Source of the DNA: a virus
Taxonomy: Duplodnaviria; Heunggongvirae; Uroviricota; Caudoviricetes
Length of the DNA: 37,564 nucleotides
Virus record (IMG/VR): IMGVR_UViG_2684622670_000021
Span: 1 to 37,564 of that record
Direction: 5' to 3' (one strand)
The translations under genes were made by a program, and so were the position numbers. Shown one piece after another: positions 26,656-36,991 of this stretch. Each line of letters starts with the position of its first letter. The first letter of the stretch is position 1. The notes under the pieces were generated by a model that saw only the letters and a list, made by a program, of their open reading frames with translations, was not told the DNA's origin and searched no databases.

Positions 26656-28491
26656 ATGGCTGAATTTGAGCTTAAGGCGTTGATCACCGGTGTCGACAGG
26701 CTTTCTCCCGCGCTGTCGAAAATGCAAAAGAAAATCCGGGGATTTAAACGCCAGGCGGAAGAAGCGTCACAGGGTGGGCTGGCGCTTGGTGGCGGACTGG
26801 CAGCGGGTCTGACGCTTTCCCTGAAATCTTATGCCGATCAGGAAAACGCCGCCACCGGGCTGAAAGTCGCCATGATGGATGCGAATGGCGAGGTTGGAAA
26901 GAGCTTTCAGGACATCAATAAACTGGCTATTGGCCTGGGTAACCAGCTACCCGGTACAACGGCTGATTTCCAGAACATGATGCAGATGCTGGTGCGTCAG
27001 GGGATCCCGGCAGAAAACATTCTTGGCGGTGTGGGTAAAGCGACAGCTTATCTTGCGGTACAACTGAAAAAAACACCGGAAGCGGCTGCTGAGTTTGCTG
27101 CAAAGATGCAGGATGCTACCGGAACGGCGTCAGAAGACATGATGGGGCTGTTCGACACTATCCAGAAGGCGTTTTATCTGGGCGTTGACGATACCAACAT
27201 GTTGTCCTTCTTCACTAAAACCAGTTCTGTTCTGAAGATGGTGAACAAGGACGGTCTTCAGGCTGCACAGAGCCTTGCCCCCATCAGCGTCATGATGGAT
27301 CAGATGGGGATGAACGGGGAGTCGGCAGGTAATGCCCTGCGAAAAGTTATCCAGTCCGGATTAAGCGTTAAGAAAATCAGGGACGTCAATAAAATCATGG
27401 CCCGCCAGAAACTCGGGGTACAGCTCGATTTTACTGACGGCAAAGGAAGTTTTGGCGGTCTTGATAACATGTTCAGGCAACTGGCAAAGCTGCGAAAACT
27501 GACCGACGTTAAGCGAACAGGTGTACTTAAGGCAATATTTGGTGATGATGCCGAAACCCTTCAGGTGGTCAATGCACTAATCGATAAAGGAAAGGATGGC
27601 TACGATCAGATCCAGCAGAAGATGAATAAACAGGCCAGCCTGAATAAACGTGTTCAGGCCCAGCTTGGTACGCTGTCCAACCTGTGGGAGGCAATGACGG
27701 GGACCGCAACTAACGGCCTTGCGGCTATTGGCGGCGCATTTTCTGGTGACGCCAAAAATATCACGCAATGGCTGGGGGAGTTGGGGGAGAAATTCACGAA
27801 GTTTGCGGATGAAAATCCCCGGGTTATTCGCGGCGTCGTCGGGCTTGCTGCCGGTCTTGCGATTCTGAAACTGGGATTGATGGGCGTGGGCAGTGCCATC
27901 AGTATCGTCAGCAGGATCATGTCGATGACGCCGATTGGCATGATTGCGACGGCGATTGCCCTGGCTGCGGGATTAATTATCACTAACTGGGATGTTGTCG
28001 GACCTTATTTTAAGAAACTCTGGGAAACCATTAGTCCTTATTTTGAGGCTGGCTGGGAACTTCTGAAGAAGGTTTTTGCCTGGTCGCCGCTGGGGATGGT
28101 GATCAATAACTGGGGACCGGTTGTTAAGTGGTTTCAGGATATGTGGGATAAGCTGAAGCCGATTATTGAATGGTTTACCGACAGTTCCGGTGACACGGTC
28201 GATGCCATTAACTCGGCGCAGTGGGGCGCGGGTGCTTATGATGCTTATGGGACGGGAATACCGGCACGGGGATACACGCCTTATCCGGCGGTGGATCCGG
28301 CTCAGGCAAACAACGCCTCCGATGCCACAGGCTCGAATCCCTTCATGATTAACAAAGCTTCTGCGCCAAAAGTTGATGGTGAGATCAAGGTCTCTTTTGT
28401 GAATTCGCCTCCGGGTATGCGGGTTATGGAAACGCGATCCAGCGGTTTTGATGTCAGCCATGATGTTGGCTATACGCGCTTTGGCAGGTAA
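26656..28491 (+). CDS. Tail tape measure protein
   Basis: 611-aa ORF with alpha-helical/Ala-rich N-terminal half and internal hydrophobic segment (LAAGLAILKLGLMGVGSAISIV). Confidence 0.85.
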   Translation: MAEFELKALITGVDRLSPALSKMQKKIRGFKRQAEEASQGGLALGGGLAAGLTLSLKSYADQENAATGLKVAMMDANGEVGKSFQDINKLAIGLGNQLPGTTADFQNMMQMLVRQGIPAENILGGVGKATAYLAVQLKKTPEAAAEFAAKMQDATGTASEDMMGLFDTIQKAFYLGVDDTNMLSFFTKTSSVLKMVNKDGLQAAQSLAPISVMMDQMGMNGESAGNALRKVIQSGLSVKKIRDVNKIMARQKLGVQLDFTDGKGSFGGLDNMFRQLAKLRKLTDVKRTGVLKAIFGDDAETLQVVNALIDKGKDGYDQIQQKMNKQASLNKRVQAQLGTLSNLWEAMTGTATNGLAAIGGAFSGDAKNITQWLGELGEKFTKFADENPRVIRGVVGLAAGLAILKLGLMGVGSAISIVSRIMSMTPIGMIATAIALAAGLIITNWDVVGPYFKKLWETISPYFEAGWELLKKVFAWSPLGMVINNWGPVVKWFQDMWDKLKPIIEWFTDSSGDTVDAINSAQWGAGAYDAYGTGIPARGYTPYPAVDPAQANNASDATGSNPFMINKASAPKVDGEIKVSFVNSPPGMRVMETRSSGFDVSHDVGYTRFGR

Positions 28492-28551
28492 TGAAAAATT
28501 AATCTGTTAATGAGTCCCACTCCGGTGGGATTTTTTATGTACGGAGTTTAT

Positions 28552-29880
28552 ATGACGTGGAAAGACAGACTTCAGGACGCGTCATTTCGCGGTGTGCCGT
28601 TTAAGGTTGAAGAAGAAAGTGCGGGAACCGGTCGTCGTGTGGAAACGCACGAATACCCGAACCGCGACAAACCCTATACCGAAGATCTGGGAAAAGTCAC
28701 TTTCCGCCCGTCCATCACGGCTTATGTGGTGGGAGATGACTGCTTTGACCAGCGCGATCGCCTGATTGACGCGCTGAATAAACCCGGTCCCGGCACGCTT
28801 GTCCACCCGACATACGGTGAGTTAAAAGTCTGTGTTGACGGGGAAGTTCGGGTCAGCACATCGAAGAGTGAAGGGCGTATTGTCCGCTTTGACCTGAAGT
28901 TTGTCGAAGCGGGAGATCTCTCTTACCCCACATCAGGCGTGGCGACGGCGCAGACGCTGATGTCATCCTGTTCTGCACTGGATGACTGCATCAGTGACAG
29001 CTTCAGCGGTTTCAGTATCGATGGCGTGGCGGATTTTGTGCAGAACGACGTTATCGGTAATGCCAGCACAATGCTTGGGTATGTTTCTGATGCGATGAAA
29101 GTGGTGGATTCTGCCGTATCGGATGCCGCCAGGCTGTTGCAGGGGGATATCTCGGTACTTCTGCCGCCGCCATCGTCAGGCAAAAATTTCGTTGAGCAGG
29201 TGCAGAAAATGTGGCGTACTGGGAAACGCCTTTATGGTAACGCCAGCGACCTGGTCACCATGATCAAAACGCTTTCCGGTGTCAGCCTCGGCAGCGATCT
29301 GCAACCGCGCGGCGTCTGGAAAACGGACAGTAAAACCACCGCCACGGCGACGCAGCAGCGTAACGTGGTTGCCAGCATCCTTCGTACGACCGCAATCAGC
29401 GAAGCGGCGTATGCCGTCACCCGATTGCCTGCGCCAACAACTTCCGCGGTGGTGCAGAATGCCGCAGTGGGGCAGGCAACAACAGCTGCGCAGAGCACCG
29501 GCTGGCCTTCCGTCACGCATCCGGCACTGAACAATGCACCGGCGGTGAAAAACACGGTTGATCTGCCGACGTGGGAAGAACTGACTGACATTCGCGACAC
29601 ACTGAATACGGCAATTGATAAGGAGTTGTCCCGTACAACCAGTGATGCGCTGTTTCTGGCGCTGCGCCGGGTGAAAGCAGATCTGAATGCGGATATCAAC
29701 ACGCGCCTTGAACAGTCTGCACGGATCATTCAGCGCACACCGGATGAGGTTTTACCCGCGCTGGTGCTGGCGGCGACCTGGTTTGATAACGCGGCGCGTG
29801 ACGCGGACATTATCCGGCGTAATGCCATTACGCATCCCGGCTTTGTGCCGGTGATCCCTCTGAAGGTGCCAGTGCAATGA
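28552..29880 (+). CDS. Mu-like DNA circulation protein (tail/baseplate)
   Basis: Start placed at the internal ATG (MTWKDRLQDASFRGVPF) preceded by GGAG, matching the usual N-terminus of this family. Confidence 0.65.
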   Translation: MTWKDRLQDASFRGVPFKVEEESAGTGRRVETHEYPNRDKPYTEDLGKVTFRPSITAYVVGDDCFDQRDRLIDALNKPGPGTLVHPTYGELKVCVDGEVRVSTSKSEGRIVRFDLKFVEAGDLSYPTSGVATAQTLMSSCSALDDCISDSFSGFSIDGVADFVQNDVIGNASTMLGYVSDAMKVVDSAVSDAARLLQGDISVLLPPPSSGKNFVEQVQKMWRTGKRLYGNASDLVTMIKTLSGVSLGSDLQPRGVWKTDSKTTATATQQRNVVASILRTTAISEAAYAVTRLPAPTTSAVVQNAAVGQATTAAQSTGWPSVTHPALNNAPAVKNTVDLPTWEELTDIRDTLNTAIDKELSRTTSDALFLALRRVKADLNADINTRLEQSARIIQRTPDEVLPALVLAATWFDNAARDADIIRRNAITHPGFVPVIPLKVPVQ

Positions 29881-30956
29881 ACGACAATGTCACGCTACGG
29901 GTAAATGGCCGGGAGTGGAATGGCTGGACATCGGTGCGCATCGGTGCCGGTATTGAACGGCTGGCGCGGGATTTCAGTGTGGAGATCACTCGCCAGTGGC
30001 CGGGAGATGAGGGTATCACCACGCTTCAGCCGCGCATTAAAAACGGTTCAAAAGTGGAAGTGCTGATTGGTGATGAGCTGGTGATCACCGGCTGGGTGGA
30101 GGCGACGCCCGTTCGTTACGATGCCCGTTCGGTCAGCACCGGTATTGCCGGACGTAGTCTGACGGCTGACCTGATTGACTGTGCAGCCGAACCGACACAG
30201 TTTAACGGACGCTCGCTGGTGCAGATTGCGCAGGCGCTTGCTGCTCCTTTCGGCATTGAGGTGGTGAACAGCGGTGCGCCGTCGGGTGTTATTCCTGATG
30301 TTCAGCCTGATCACGGTGAAACGGTGATTGAGGTAATCAACAAAATACTCGGTCAGCAGCAGGCGCTGGCTTACGACGACCCGCACGGCAGGCTGGTGAT
30401 TGGCGGTATTGGCTCAACGCGGGCACATACCGCGCTGGTACTTGGGGAAAACATCCTTTCCTGTGATACGGAGAAGAGTATCCGGGAGCGGTTTTCTGTT
30501 TACCAGGTGGCGGGGCAGCGTGCCGGAAACGACGATGATTTCGGTGAGGCCACCACCACCGCGCTGCGGGCACGCACAGAGGACGCATTTATTGCCCGTT
30601 ACCGTCCGATGTATATCAGGCAGACAGGGCAGGCTACGGGGGCAGGCTGTATTGCGCGTGCTGACTTTGAAGCCCGACAACGGGCGGCGCGGACGGATGA
30701 AACCACCTATGTGGTGCAGGGCTGGCGACAGGGTAACGGTACGCTGTGGCAGCCCAACCAGCGGGTGATTGTCTTTGATCCGGTCTGTGGTTTTGACAAT
30801 ACCGAACTGCTTGTTTCGGAAGTCACGTTTACTCAGGACCAGAACGGCACCCTGACGGAAATCCGTGTCGGCCCGCCTGATGCTTATCTGCCTGAACCCG
30901 AAGCCCCCGGCGCGCGGAAAAAGAAAAAAGCCAGAGTACAGGAGGACCCGTTCTGA
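29877..30956 (+). CDS. Baseplate hub protein (Mu P-like)
   Basis: 359-aa ORF ATGA-coupled after the DNA circulation gene; order matches Mu-like baseplate clusters. Confidence 0.65.
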   Translation: MNDNVTLRVNGREWNGWTSVRIGAGIERLARDFSVEITRQWPGDEGITTLQPRIKNGSKVEVLIGDELVITGWVEATPVRYDARSVSTGIAGRSLTADLIDCAAEPTQFNGRSLVQIAQALAAPFGIEVVNSGAPSGVIPDVQPDHGETVIEVINKILGQQQALAYDDPHGRLVIGGIGSTRAHTALVLGENILSCDTEKSIRERFSVYQVAGQRAGNDDDFGEATTTALRARTEDAFIARYRPMYIRQTGQATGAGCIARADFEARQRAARTDETTYVVQGWRQGNGTLWQPNQRVIVFDPVCGFDNTELLVSEVTFTQDQNGTLTEIRVGPPDAYLPEPEAPGARKKKKARVQEDPF

Positions 30957-31504
30957 TGAGGACGATTGAAGCCATGCAGCGACAACTCCTCGGCCTGATT
31001 GGGCGGGCCGTGGTGAAAAGCATCAGTGCCGCCACGAAATGTCAGACCGTGGATGTGTCCCTGATTGCCGGTGAACCCAAAGCCGGGGTTGAACATCTTG
31101 AACCCTACGGTTTTACCGCAAGGGCAAACAGCGGTGCGGAAGCGGTGGTGTTGTTTCCGGATGGCGACCGTTCTCACGCGGTGGTTGTTACGGTGTCGGA
31201 CCGTCGCTACCGCCTGAAAGGGCTGCAGACGGGTGAGGTGGCTGTCTATGACGATCAGGGGCAGTCCGTGACGCTGACCCGGGAGGGGATCGTGGTGGAC
31301 GGTGCAGGTAAAACGATCACGTTTCGCAATTCACCTAAAGCACGTTTTGAAATGGACCTTGAAGTGACCGGACAGGTGAAAGACCTGTGCGACTCCGGCG
31401 GTACCACCATGTCAGCGATGCGGCTTGCCTATAACGGGCATCGTCACAGAGAGAACGGTCAGGGCAGTAACACCGGCAAACCTGATAAAGCGATGGAGGC
31501 ATGA
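30956..31504 (+). CDS. Baseplate assembly protein V (spike)
   Basis: 182-aa ORF (MRTIEAMQRQLLGLIGRAVVKSISAATKCQTVDVSL...) typical of gpV/gp45-like spikes. Confidence 0.7.
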   Translation: MRTIEAMQRQLLGLIGRAVVKSISAATKCQTVDVSLIAGEPKAGVEHLEPYGFTARANSGAEAVVLFPDGDRSHAVVVTVSDRRYRLKGLQTGEVAVYDDQGQSVTLTREGIVVDGAGKTITFRNSPKARFEMDLEVTGQVKDLCDSGGTTMSAMRLAYNGHRHRENGQGSNTGKPDKAMEA

Positions 31505-31929
31505 TGGAACTGTGGCTGACGGTGAACGGTAAACGCACCTGCGCCAGCGCACAGCTGGATCCGCTGACCCGCGCCGTGGTGATTTCCCTGTTTACCTGGC
31601 GGCGGGCGGAGCCTGATGACAACGCCGACGTCCCGATGGGATGGTGGGGGGATACCTGGCCTGCGGTACAGAATGACCGTTACGGCTCCCGACTGTGGCT
31701 GCTTCAGCGCAGCAAACTGACCAATCAGCTGGTGCAGACGGTAAGGGGGTATATCCGCGAATGCCTGCAATGGATGATTGATGACGGCGTGGTGTCCCGT
31801 ATTGATCTGGATATCCGCCGCACCGGGATTAATGAACTGGGTAACAGTATCACTCTCTGGCGTCGTGACGGACCGGTAATGATTTCTTTTGATGATCTGT
31901 GGAGTGCGATAACGCATGGCGGACAGTGA
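31501..31929 (+). CDS. Baseplate protein (Mu gp46-like)
   Basis: 142-aa ORF between the gpV-like and J-like genes; translationally coupled. Confidence 0.6.
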   Translation: MMELWLTVNGKRTCASAQLDPLTRAVVISLFTWRRAEPDDNADVPMGWWGDTWPAVQNDRYGSRLWLLQRSKLTNQLVQTVRGYIRECLQWMIDDGVVSRIDLDIRRTGINELGNSITLWRRDGPVMISFDDLWSAITHGGQ

Positions 31930-32974
31930 ATTTCAGCGCCCGACGCTGGCAGAAAATATCAGTATGCTCCGTAACGATTTATTCGCCAGGCTGGACTTCA
32001 GCGACACGCTCCGGCGCATGGATGAAGACGTGCGGGCAAAGGTGTATGCGGCGGCGCTGCATACGGTTTACGGGTACATCGATTATCTGGCAATGAACAT
32101 GCTGCCTGACCTGTGCGATGAGTCCTGGCTGGCGCGACATGCTGCGATGAAACGGTGTCCGCGCAAGGGGGCCACGGCTGCCAGCGGGTATATGCGCTGG
32201 GAAGGTGTCAGCGATGGCCTGAAGGTGACCGCCGGGAGTGTTATTCAGCGCGATGACCTGGTGCAGTACACGGCAACTGCCGATGCAACCAGCTCCGGTG
32301 GTGTCCTGCGCGTGCCGATCGCCTGCTCAAGTGCAGGCGCGGTCGGTAACGCTGACGACGGTACGTCATTAATCCTGGTCACGCCGGTGAATGGTCTGCC
32401 GTCTTCCGGCGTGGCAGATACACTGACAGGTGGATTTGATACTGAAGAGCTGGAAACGTGGCGCGCCCGCGTCATTGAGCGGTATTACTGGACGCCTCAG
32501 GGCGGGGCTGACGGGGACTATGTCGTCTGGGCTAAAGAAGTGCCCGGCATTACCCGCGCATGGACATACCGACACTGGATGGGAACGGGGACTGTCGGTG
32601 TGATGATTGCCAGCAGTGACCTGATTAATCCCATTCCGGAAGAATCAACGGAAATGGCGGCAAGACAACATATCGGGCCACTGGCCCCGGTGGCAGGCTC
32701 TGATTTGTATGTGTTCAGGCCGGTGGCGCATACGGTGGATTTTCATATCCGTGTGACGCCGGATACACCAGAAATACGGGCTGCCATCACCGCCGAGTTG
32801 CGTTCGTTCCTGCTGCGTGATGGTTATCCGCAGGGAGAACTGAAGGTGTCGCGTATCAGTGAAGCGATTTCCGGTGCGAACGGGGAATACAGCCATCAGT
32901 TGCTTGCACCGGCAGACAATATCTCCATTGCAAAAAATGAACTGGCGGTACTGGGGACGATTTCATGGACGTGA
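31916..32974 (+). CDS. Baseplate J-like protein (Mu gp47-like)
   Basis: 352-aa ORF in the baseplate wedge position. Confidence 0.7.
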   Translation: MADSEFQRPTLAENISMLRNDLFARLDFSDTLRRMDEDVRAKVYAAALHTVYGYIDYLAMNMLPDLCDESWLARHAAMKRCPRKGATAASGYMRWEGVSDGLKVTAGSVIQRDDLVQYTATADATSSGGVLRVPIACSSAGAVGNADDGTSLILVTPVNGLPSSGVADTLTGGFDTEELETWRARVIERYYWTPQGGADGDYVVWAKEVPGITRAWTYRHWMGTGTVGVMIASSDLINPIPEESTEMAARQHIGPLAPVAGSDLYVFRPVAHTVDFHIRVTPDTPEIRAAITAELRSFLLRDGYPQGELKVSRISEAISGANGEYSHQLLAPADNISIAKNELAVLGTISWT

Positions 32975-33549
32975 CAAACGATGATTACATCCGTCTGTTG
33001 TCGGCACTGTTGCCCCCCGGTCCGGCGTGGTCAGCCAGCGATCCGGCGATTGCCGGTGCGGCACCGTCATTAACCCGCGTTCATCAGCGTGCGGATGCCC
33101 TGATGCGGGAGCTGGATCCGCGCACCACCACTGAACTGATAAACCGCTGGGAGCGTCTGTGCGGCCTGCCGGATGAATGTATTCCTACAGGGACACAGAC
33201 CCTTCGCCAGCGTCAGCAACGGCTGGATGCGAAGATTAATCTGGCGGGCGGCATTAATGAGGATTTTTACCTTGCACAGCTTGCTGCCCTGGGCAGACCA
33301 GACGCCACCATCACGCGATACGATAAAAGCACGTTCACCTGCTCATCTGCCTGTACTGACGCGGTGAATGCGCCGGAATGGCGGTATTACTGGCAGGTCA
33401 ACATGCCAGCCGCCACCAACACCACCTGGATGACATGTGGCGATCCCTGTGATTCCGCACTGCGTATCTGGGGCGACACCGTTGTCGAGTGTGTGCTTAA
33501 CAAACTCTGCCCTTCGCATACCTACGTAATTTTTAAATATCCGGAGTAA
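32965..33549 (+). CDS. Tail protein (Mu gp48-like, DUF2313)
   Basis: 194-aa ORF immediately before the tail fibre gene. Confidence 0.55.
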   Translation: MDVTNDDYIRLLSALLPPGPAWSASDPAIAGAAPSLTRVHQRADALMRELDPRTTTELINRWERLCGLPDECIPTGTQTLRQRQQRLDAKINLAGGINEDFYLAQLAALGRPDATITRYDKSTFTCSSACTDAVNAPEWRYYWQVNMPAATNTTWMTCGDPCDSALRIWGDTVVECVLNKLCPSHTYVIFKYPE

Positions 33550-33552
33550 TCC

Positions 33553-34653
33553 ATGCATCGTATAGACACGAAAACCGCGCAGAAGGATAAGTTCGGCGCG
33601 GGTAAGAACGGTTTTACCCGTGGTAACCCCCAGACCGGCACGCCTGCCACCGATCTGGATGATGACTACTTTGACATGTTGCAGGAAGAACTCTGCAGCG
33701 TGGTGGAGGCATCCGGTGCCAGCCTGGAGAAGGGGCGGCACGATCAGCTTCTTACCGCGCTTCGTGCGCTGCTGTTAAGCCGCAAGAATCCGTTTGGCGA
33801 TATCAAATCGGATGGCACTGTGCAAACGGCTCTCGAAAACCTGGGAATGACAGACATTCTGAATGATAAACAGGATAAAAATGATAATCTGACATCATTG
33901 TCGAGCTTAACAGGAATACCGGATGGGCTGGCATTTTTTACAGGTGCTGGAACAATGGATATGACAGCGCTGACTCAAAATGGTAGGGAAATTTTAAGTA
34001 AAAAAAACGTATCGGAAACTCTACAATATTTAACACTTGGTGATGGAACAGGAAGGCTTTTGGGGGTTCAGGTATTTGGATCATCTGGGACTTATCACAA
34101 ATCACCTGGTGTAACGAAAATTATAGTGGAAGCCGTTGGCGGTGGTGGTGCCAGTGGCAATTTATCAGCAACAGCCTCAAATAACTGTGGTGTAAGTGCT
34201 GCCGGTTCCAACGGGGCATATGCTAAAGCATTTTTTTATCAGTCTATACCTGAATCCGTGCAAGTAACTATTGGAAGCGGTGGTGTAGCAGGAACAGGAC
34301 CAAGAGGCTCTGGAGGTGACGGCGGGAATACAAGCTTTGGTGATTTGCTTGTATGCCCGGGAGGAAGGGGATCAACTCAAGTTCAGCAGGTACCTCCATT
34401 TTCAGGGGGAAGTGCAACAGAAGCACCAATTCCTACAGGGCGAGGGATTCTGTTCCATTCAGTTTCACGATCAAATTTATGTGGGGCACTTGGACTTGGT
34501 GATGATCAGGCGATTGGCGTTGAAAGTATAACCACTACTATGCTTGGGACATACGGTATTGGCGGGACAGGTAAATACAATAAGGCGTCATCAGGCCCAG
34601 CGACAGGAAATAATGGAAATCAGGGATATATTCTTGTGTGGGAGTATCAGTAA
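33553..34653 (+). CDS. Tail fibre protein
   Basis: 366-aa ORF with a conserved-looking N-terminus ([26 protein letters not shown]) and a Gly-rich, lower-GC C-terminal half. Confidence 0.7.
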   Translation: MHRIDTKTAQKDKFGAGKNGFTRGNPQTGTPATDLDDDYFDMLQEELCSVVEASGASLEKGRHDQLLTALRALLLSRKNPFGDIKSDGTVQTALENLGMTDILNDKQDKNDNLTSLSSLTGIPDGLAFFTGAGTMDMTALTQNGREILSKKNVSETLQYLTLGDGTGRLLGVQVFGSSGTYHKSPGVTKIIVEAVGGGGASGNLSATASNNCGVSAAGSNGAYAKAFFYQSIPESVQVTIGSGGVAGTGPRGSGGDGGNTSFGDLLVCPGGRGSTQVQQVPPFSGGSATEAPIPTGRGILFHSVSRSNLCGALGLGDDQAIGVESITTTMLGTYGIGGTGKYNKASSGPATGNNGNQGYILVWEYQ

Positions 34654-34832
34654 TGAGCGATATTTATGCAGTCGTACAAAATGGTGTCGTTACAAATCTT
34701 GTTGTATGGGATGGTAAGTCAGAGTTTAAGCCAGAAAAAGCGGATATAGTTAAATGTGTTGGAGATGTTGGTATTGGCTGGTCATATGACGGTAAAAAAT
34801 TCATCAAGCCTGAAGATAAAACCGCGCAATAG
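34653..34832 (+). CDS. Small protein downstream of the tail fibre (59 aa)
   Basis: TAATG-coupled to the tail fibre stop with GGAG SD; short, so coding status is tentative. Confidence 0.4.
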   Translation: MSDIYAVVQNGVVTNLVVWDGKSEFKPEKADIVKCVGDVGIGWSYDGKKFIKPEDKTAQ

Positions 34833-34850
34833 CGCGGTTTTATTTATTTT
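34818..34850. terminator. Bidirectional intrinsic terminator between the tail module and the acyltransferase gene
   Basis: AAAACCGCGC-AATA-GCGCGGTTTT with A4 upstream and a T-rich tract downstream; both convergent genes stop within or beside it. Confidence 0.55.
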
Positions 34851-35947
34851 ACTGCTAAAATTCGTTTTCTTAGCATCAGCTCTAAAGGCTCCTCAACTAA
34901 TTTATAAAGTATGATTGAGACTATGGTTATTATAACAAGGAGCGCTATTAAATAGAGTGGTCCGGGGTTATGTCCAAAGATTTTAAAGCAAAATAATATA
35001 ATGGGTTGATGAATTAAATAAAAAATAAATGATGATTTCCCTAATAGCTCTAGGGTTTTTGAACTGAGGATAGTATGAATGACTCCATTTCTTAGATAGA
35101 TGCATGAAGTAAAGAATATTACCATGGGGAGTAAATAATATAACGAATAACGTAGACTATTATTTATGTTGTTGCTATAATATATAGCTATTAGCAGAGG
35201 TAATAGTGAAATTAAAAACAAAAGGCTGTCGGCTGTCGGCTGTCGGCTGTCGGCTGTCGGCTGTCGGCTGTCGGCTGTCGGCTGTCGGCTGTCGGCTGTC
35301 GGCTGTCGGCTGTCGGCTGTCGGCTGTCGGCTGTTTTTCCAGCAAGCGTAAATAATCATGCCGCAAATAAATTCTACCAAGCGGCTTACTGGGAATATAT
35401 AATATAACCAGTGATTAAGTTCTTCTGTTTGTATAATTTTTAAAAAATATATAGTTAATAGTAGAGTTATAATTGATATTGCAGTGATTACTTTCTTTGT
35501 AATTGATGTATAAATCAACGGAATAAACATTAAATAAAAAAACAGCTCATCAGACAAAGACCATGATACACCATTTAATGAGAAGTAGTAATCCTCCTTT
35601 GGTATCCAACTTTGCATTAATAAAATATTTGTTAAGGTTTTTGAAAAATCAAAGTTCTTTAAGTGAATGGTTAGTAAAATAAATGGCATGGCTAATAATA
35701 GATGCATTGGAACAATTCTTGCCAATCTTAAAAGAATAAACTGTCTTTTACTTGTTACTTCATTTTTTAGCTTGTCTTCATATGAATATGAAAGAATGAA
35801 GCCAGATAAAATAAAGAAAAAGGAAACGCCAATAAATCCCTGGGAAAACATTTCTTTTACAAAAACACCAAAATAGTCTGTATTTAAATGGCATAAATAA
35901 ACCATTAATGCAGCTATAAATCTGAGTCCTGTTAAGTGGCGAAGCAT
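34844..35947 (-). CDS. Acyltransferase family 3 integral membrane protein (Oac-like) with in-frame heptapeptide repeat
   Basis: Multi-TM protein with the N-terminal acyltransferase-3 motif (RHLTGLRFIAALMVYLCH); ATG at 35947 preceded by AGAGG (track start at 35977 is TTG); very AT-rich; prophage-terminal position like oac/gtr loci. Confidence 0.75.
   Translation of the reverse strand: MLRHLTGLRFIAALMVYLCHLNTDYFGVFVKEMFSQGFIGVSFFFILSGFILSYSYEDKLKNEVTSKRQFILLRLARIVPMHLLLAMPFILLTIHLKNFDFSKTLTNILLMQSWIPKEDYYFSLNGVSWSLSDELFFYLMFIPLIYTSITKKVITAISIITLLLTIYFLKIIQTEELNHWLYYIFPVSRLVEFICGMIIYACWKNSRQPTADSRQPTADSRQPTADSRQPTADSRQPTADSLLFLISLLPLLIAIYYSNNINNSLRYSLYYLLPMVIFFTSCIYLRNGVIHTILSSKTLELLGKSSFIFYLIHQPIILFCFKIFGHNPGPLYLIALLVIITIVSIILYKLVEEPLELMLRKRILAVK
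35224..35334. repeat. Tandem heptanucleotide repeat (GGCTGTC)x15 plus partial copy, inside the acyltransferase ORF
   Basis: Counted directly: 15 perfect GGCTGTC units (35224-35328) plus GGCTGT. On the coding strand it is (GACAGCC)15 encoding five SRQPTAD heptapeptides. Confidence 0.95.
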
Positions 35948-36682
35948 CAATAACCTCTTGTTATGAAGATAAAGCAATTCAAAAGAGGCATTTTATGACT
36001 GTAGGGGATTGGTGTCTATATGAATGAGTAATCTGGTTTTTAAAATCTTCTTTAATTACAAAATAAACCTTTCTTAGGCTATAGATTTGTGGCTGTAACA
36101 CTGTGTGTCCACGACATTGAGACATCCTTCCGCTTTGCTATAGATGTGGAATTCAGGATCAAGCGATATCGGACTCATCCTCAGCACCACCCGGTTAATC
36201 TGGATAACGGGAGAAGGGAAGCGCTGCCAGAAGATGATGATGGTTACAGTTCTGCACTGGCTATTCTGCACTGGCTATATTCGTGGTGATCACTTACATA
36301 ATTAATGACGCCAGGAATACGGAGTTTGATGATTGCCTGGTGATGTGAGAAAAAACTCATACACACAAAGCTTTGCACTGGATTGCAAGGCTTTGTGCTA
36401 TTCGATAGCACGAGTTTGAATGAAAATCAGCCGTTATCGATTTTACGTATTTTTGTATGAGAGGATTTTTACCTCCTCCCACCGATCCTCCATAACTTTA
36501 CGACACTGTCTCTAGGACTGCTATGTGCCAAGAGCGGAATTTTCTAATATTATGCTGCATTCGTTTAAGGGGAGCAGATCAGCTAACGACTCCTACGTCC
36601 TGGGGAAAGGTCACATATGCTAAACAGCAGCTCAGCAAAGAGAAGAGCGAATTTGGTAACGGGAAACCGTTATGATATGAAT

Positions 36683-36710
36683 AAGGCTCCCAATGGGAGC
36701 CTTATTTTTT
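36683..36710 (+). terminator. Intrinsic terminator
   Basis: AAGGCTCCC-AAT-GGGAGCCTT followed by ATTTTTTGA. Confidence 0.5.
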
Positions 36711-36727
36711 GATAGGGATGATGAATA

Positions 36728-36901
36728 TTATCCGAGGCTTACTGGCTTTACACCTTTCTTCGGCCCGACCATATCCATGTCTTTTTCCTTCTGACCAACT
36801 TTGGCAAGTTTGTTGCCGTCGATGGAAGCCCAGAAGTCGAGAGAGCGTCTTGCACTAGCCATAGCTTTATCAGAAGTGATTTTTTTATGTTGTTTGATCA
36901 T
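36728..36901 (-). CDS. Hypothetical small basic protein (57 aa)
   Basis: ATG preceded by AGAGG at 6-nt spacing; product MIKQHKKITSDKAMASARRSLDFWASIDGNKLAKVGQKEKDMDMVGPKKGVKPVSLG; below the ORF-track length cut-off. Confidence 0.45.
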   Translation of the reverse strand: MIKQHKKITSDKAMASARRSLDFWASIDGNKLAKVGQKEKDMDMVGPKKGVKPVSLG

Positions 36902-36991
36902 GGTTAACCTCTTTGGCTATAGACTTTACGGATAATTTTATAACAAATGCGTTCATTAAACAAACAGCCCATCGACTGCTGATTGAGATTG

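Noticed and set aside
35224-35334. Possible CRISPR array suggested by the tandem repeats
   Set aside because: Units are 7 bp and perfectly contiguous with no spacers and no cas genes; it is a simple-sequence repeat inside a coding region.
35175-35366. 63-aa ORF on the minus strand spanning the heptanucleotide repeat
   Set aside because: A 7-bp repeat encodes the same heptapeptide in all three frames, so this is the out-of-frame shadow of the acyltransferase gene, not a separate gene.
36060-36300. Short overlapping ORFs 36074-36271 (-) and 36089-36289 (+) suggesting an IS or gene remnant
   Set aside because: No inverted terminal repeats, transposase motifs or start contexts seen; coding status cannot be supported from sequence alone.
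36617-36712. 31-codon ORF with a strong Shine-Dalgarno sequence
   Set aside because: Not called as a CDS because its 3' end is the terminator hairpin itself; more likely a leader or small RNA, and too short to support without other evidence.
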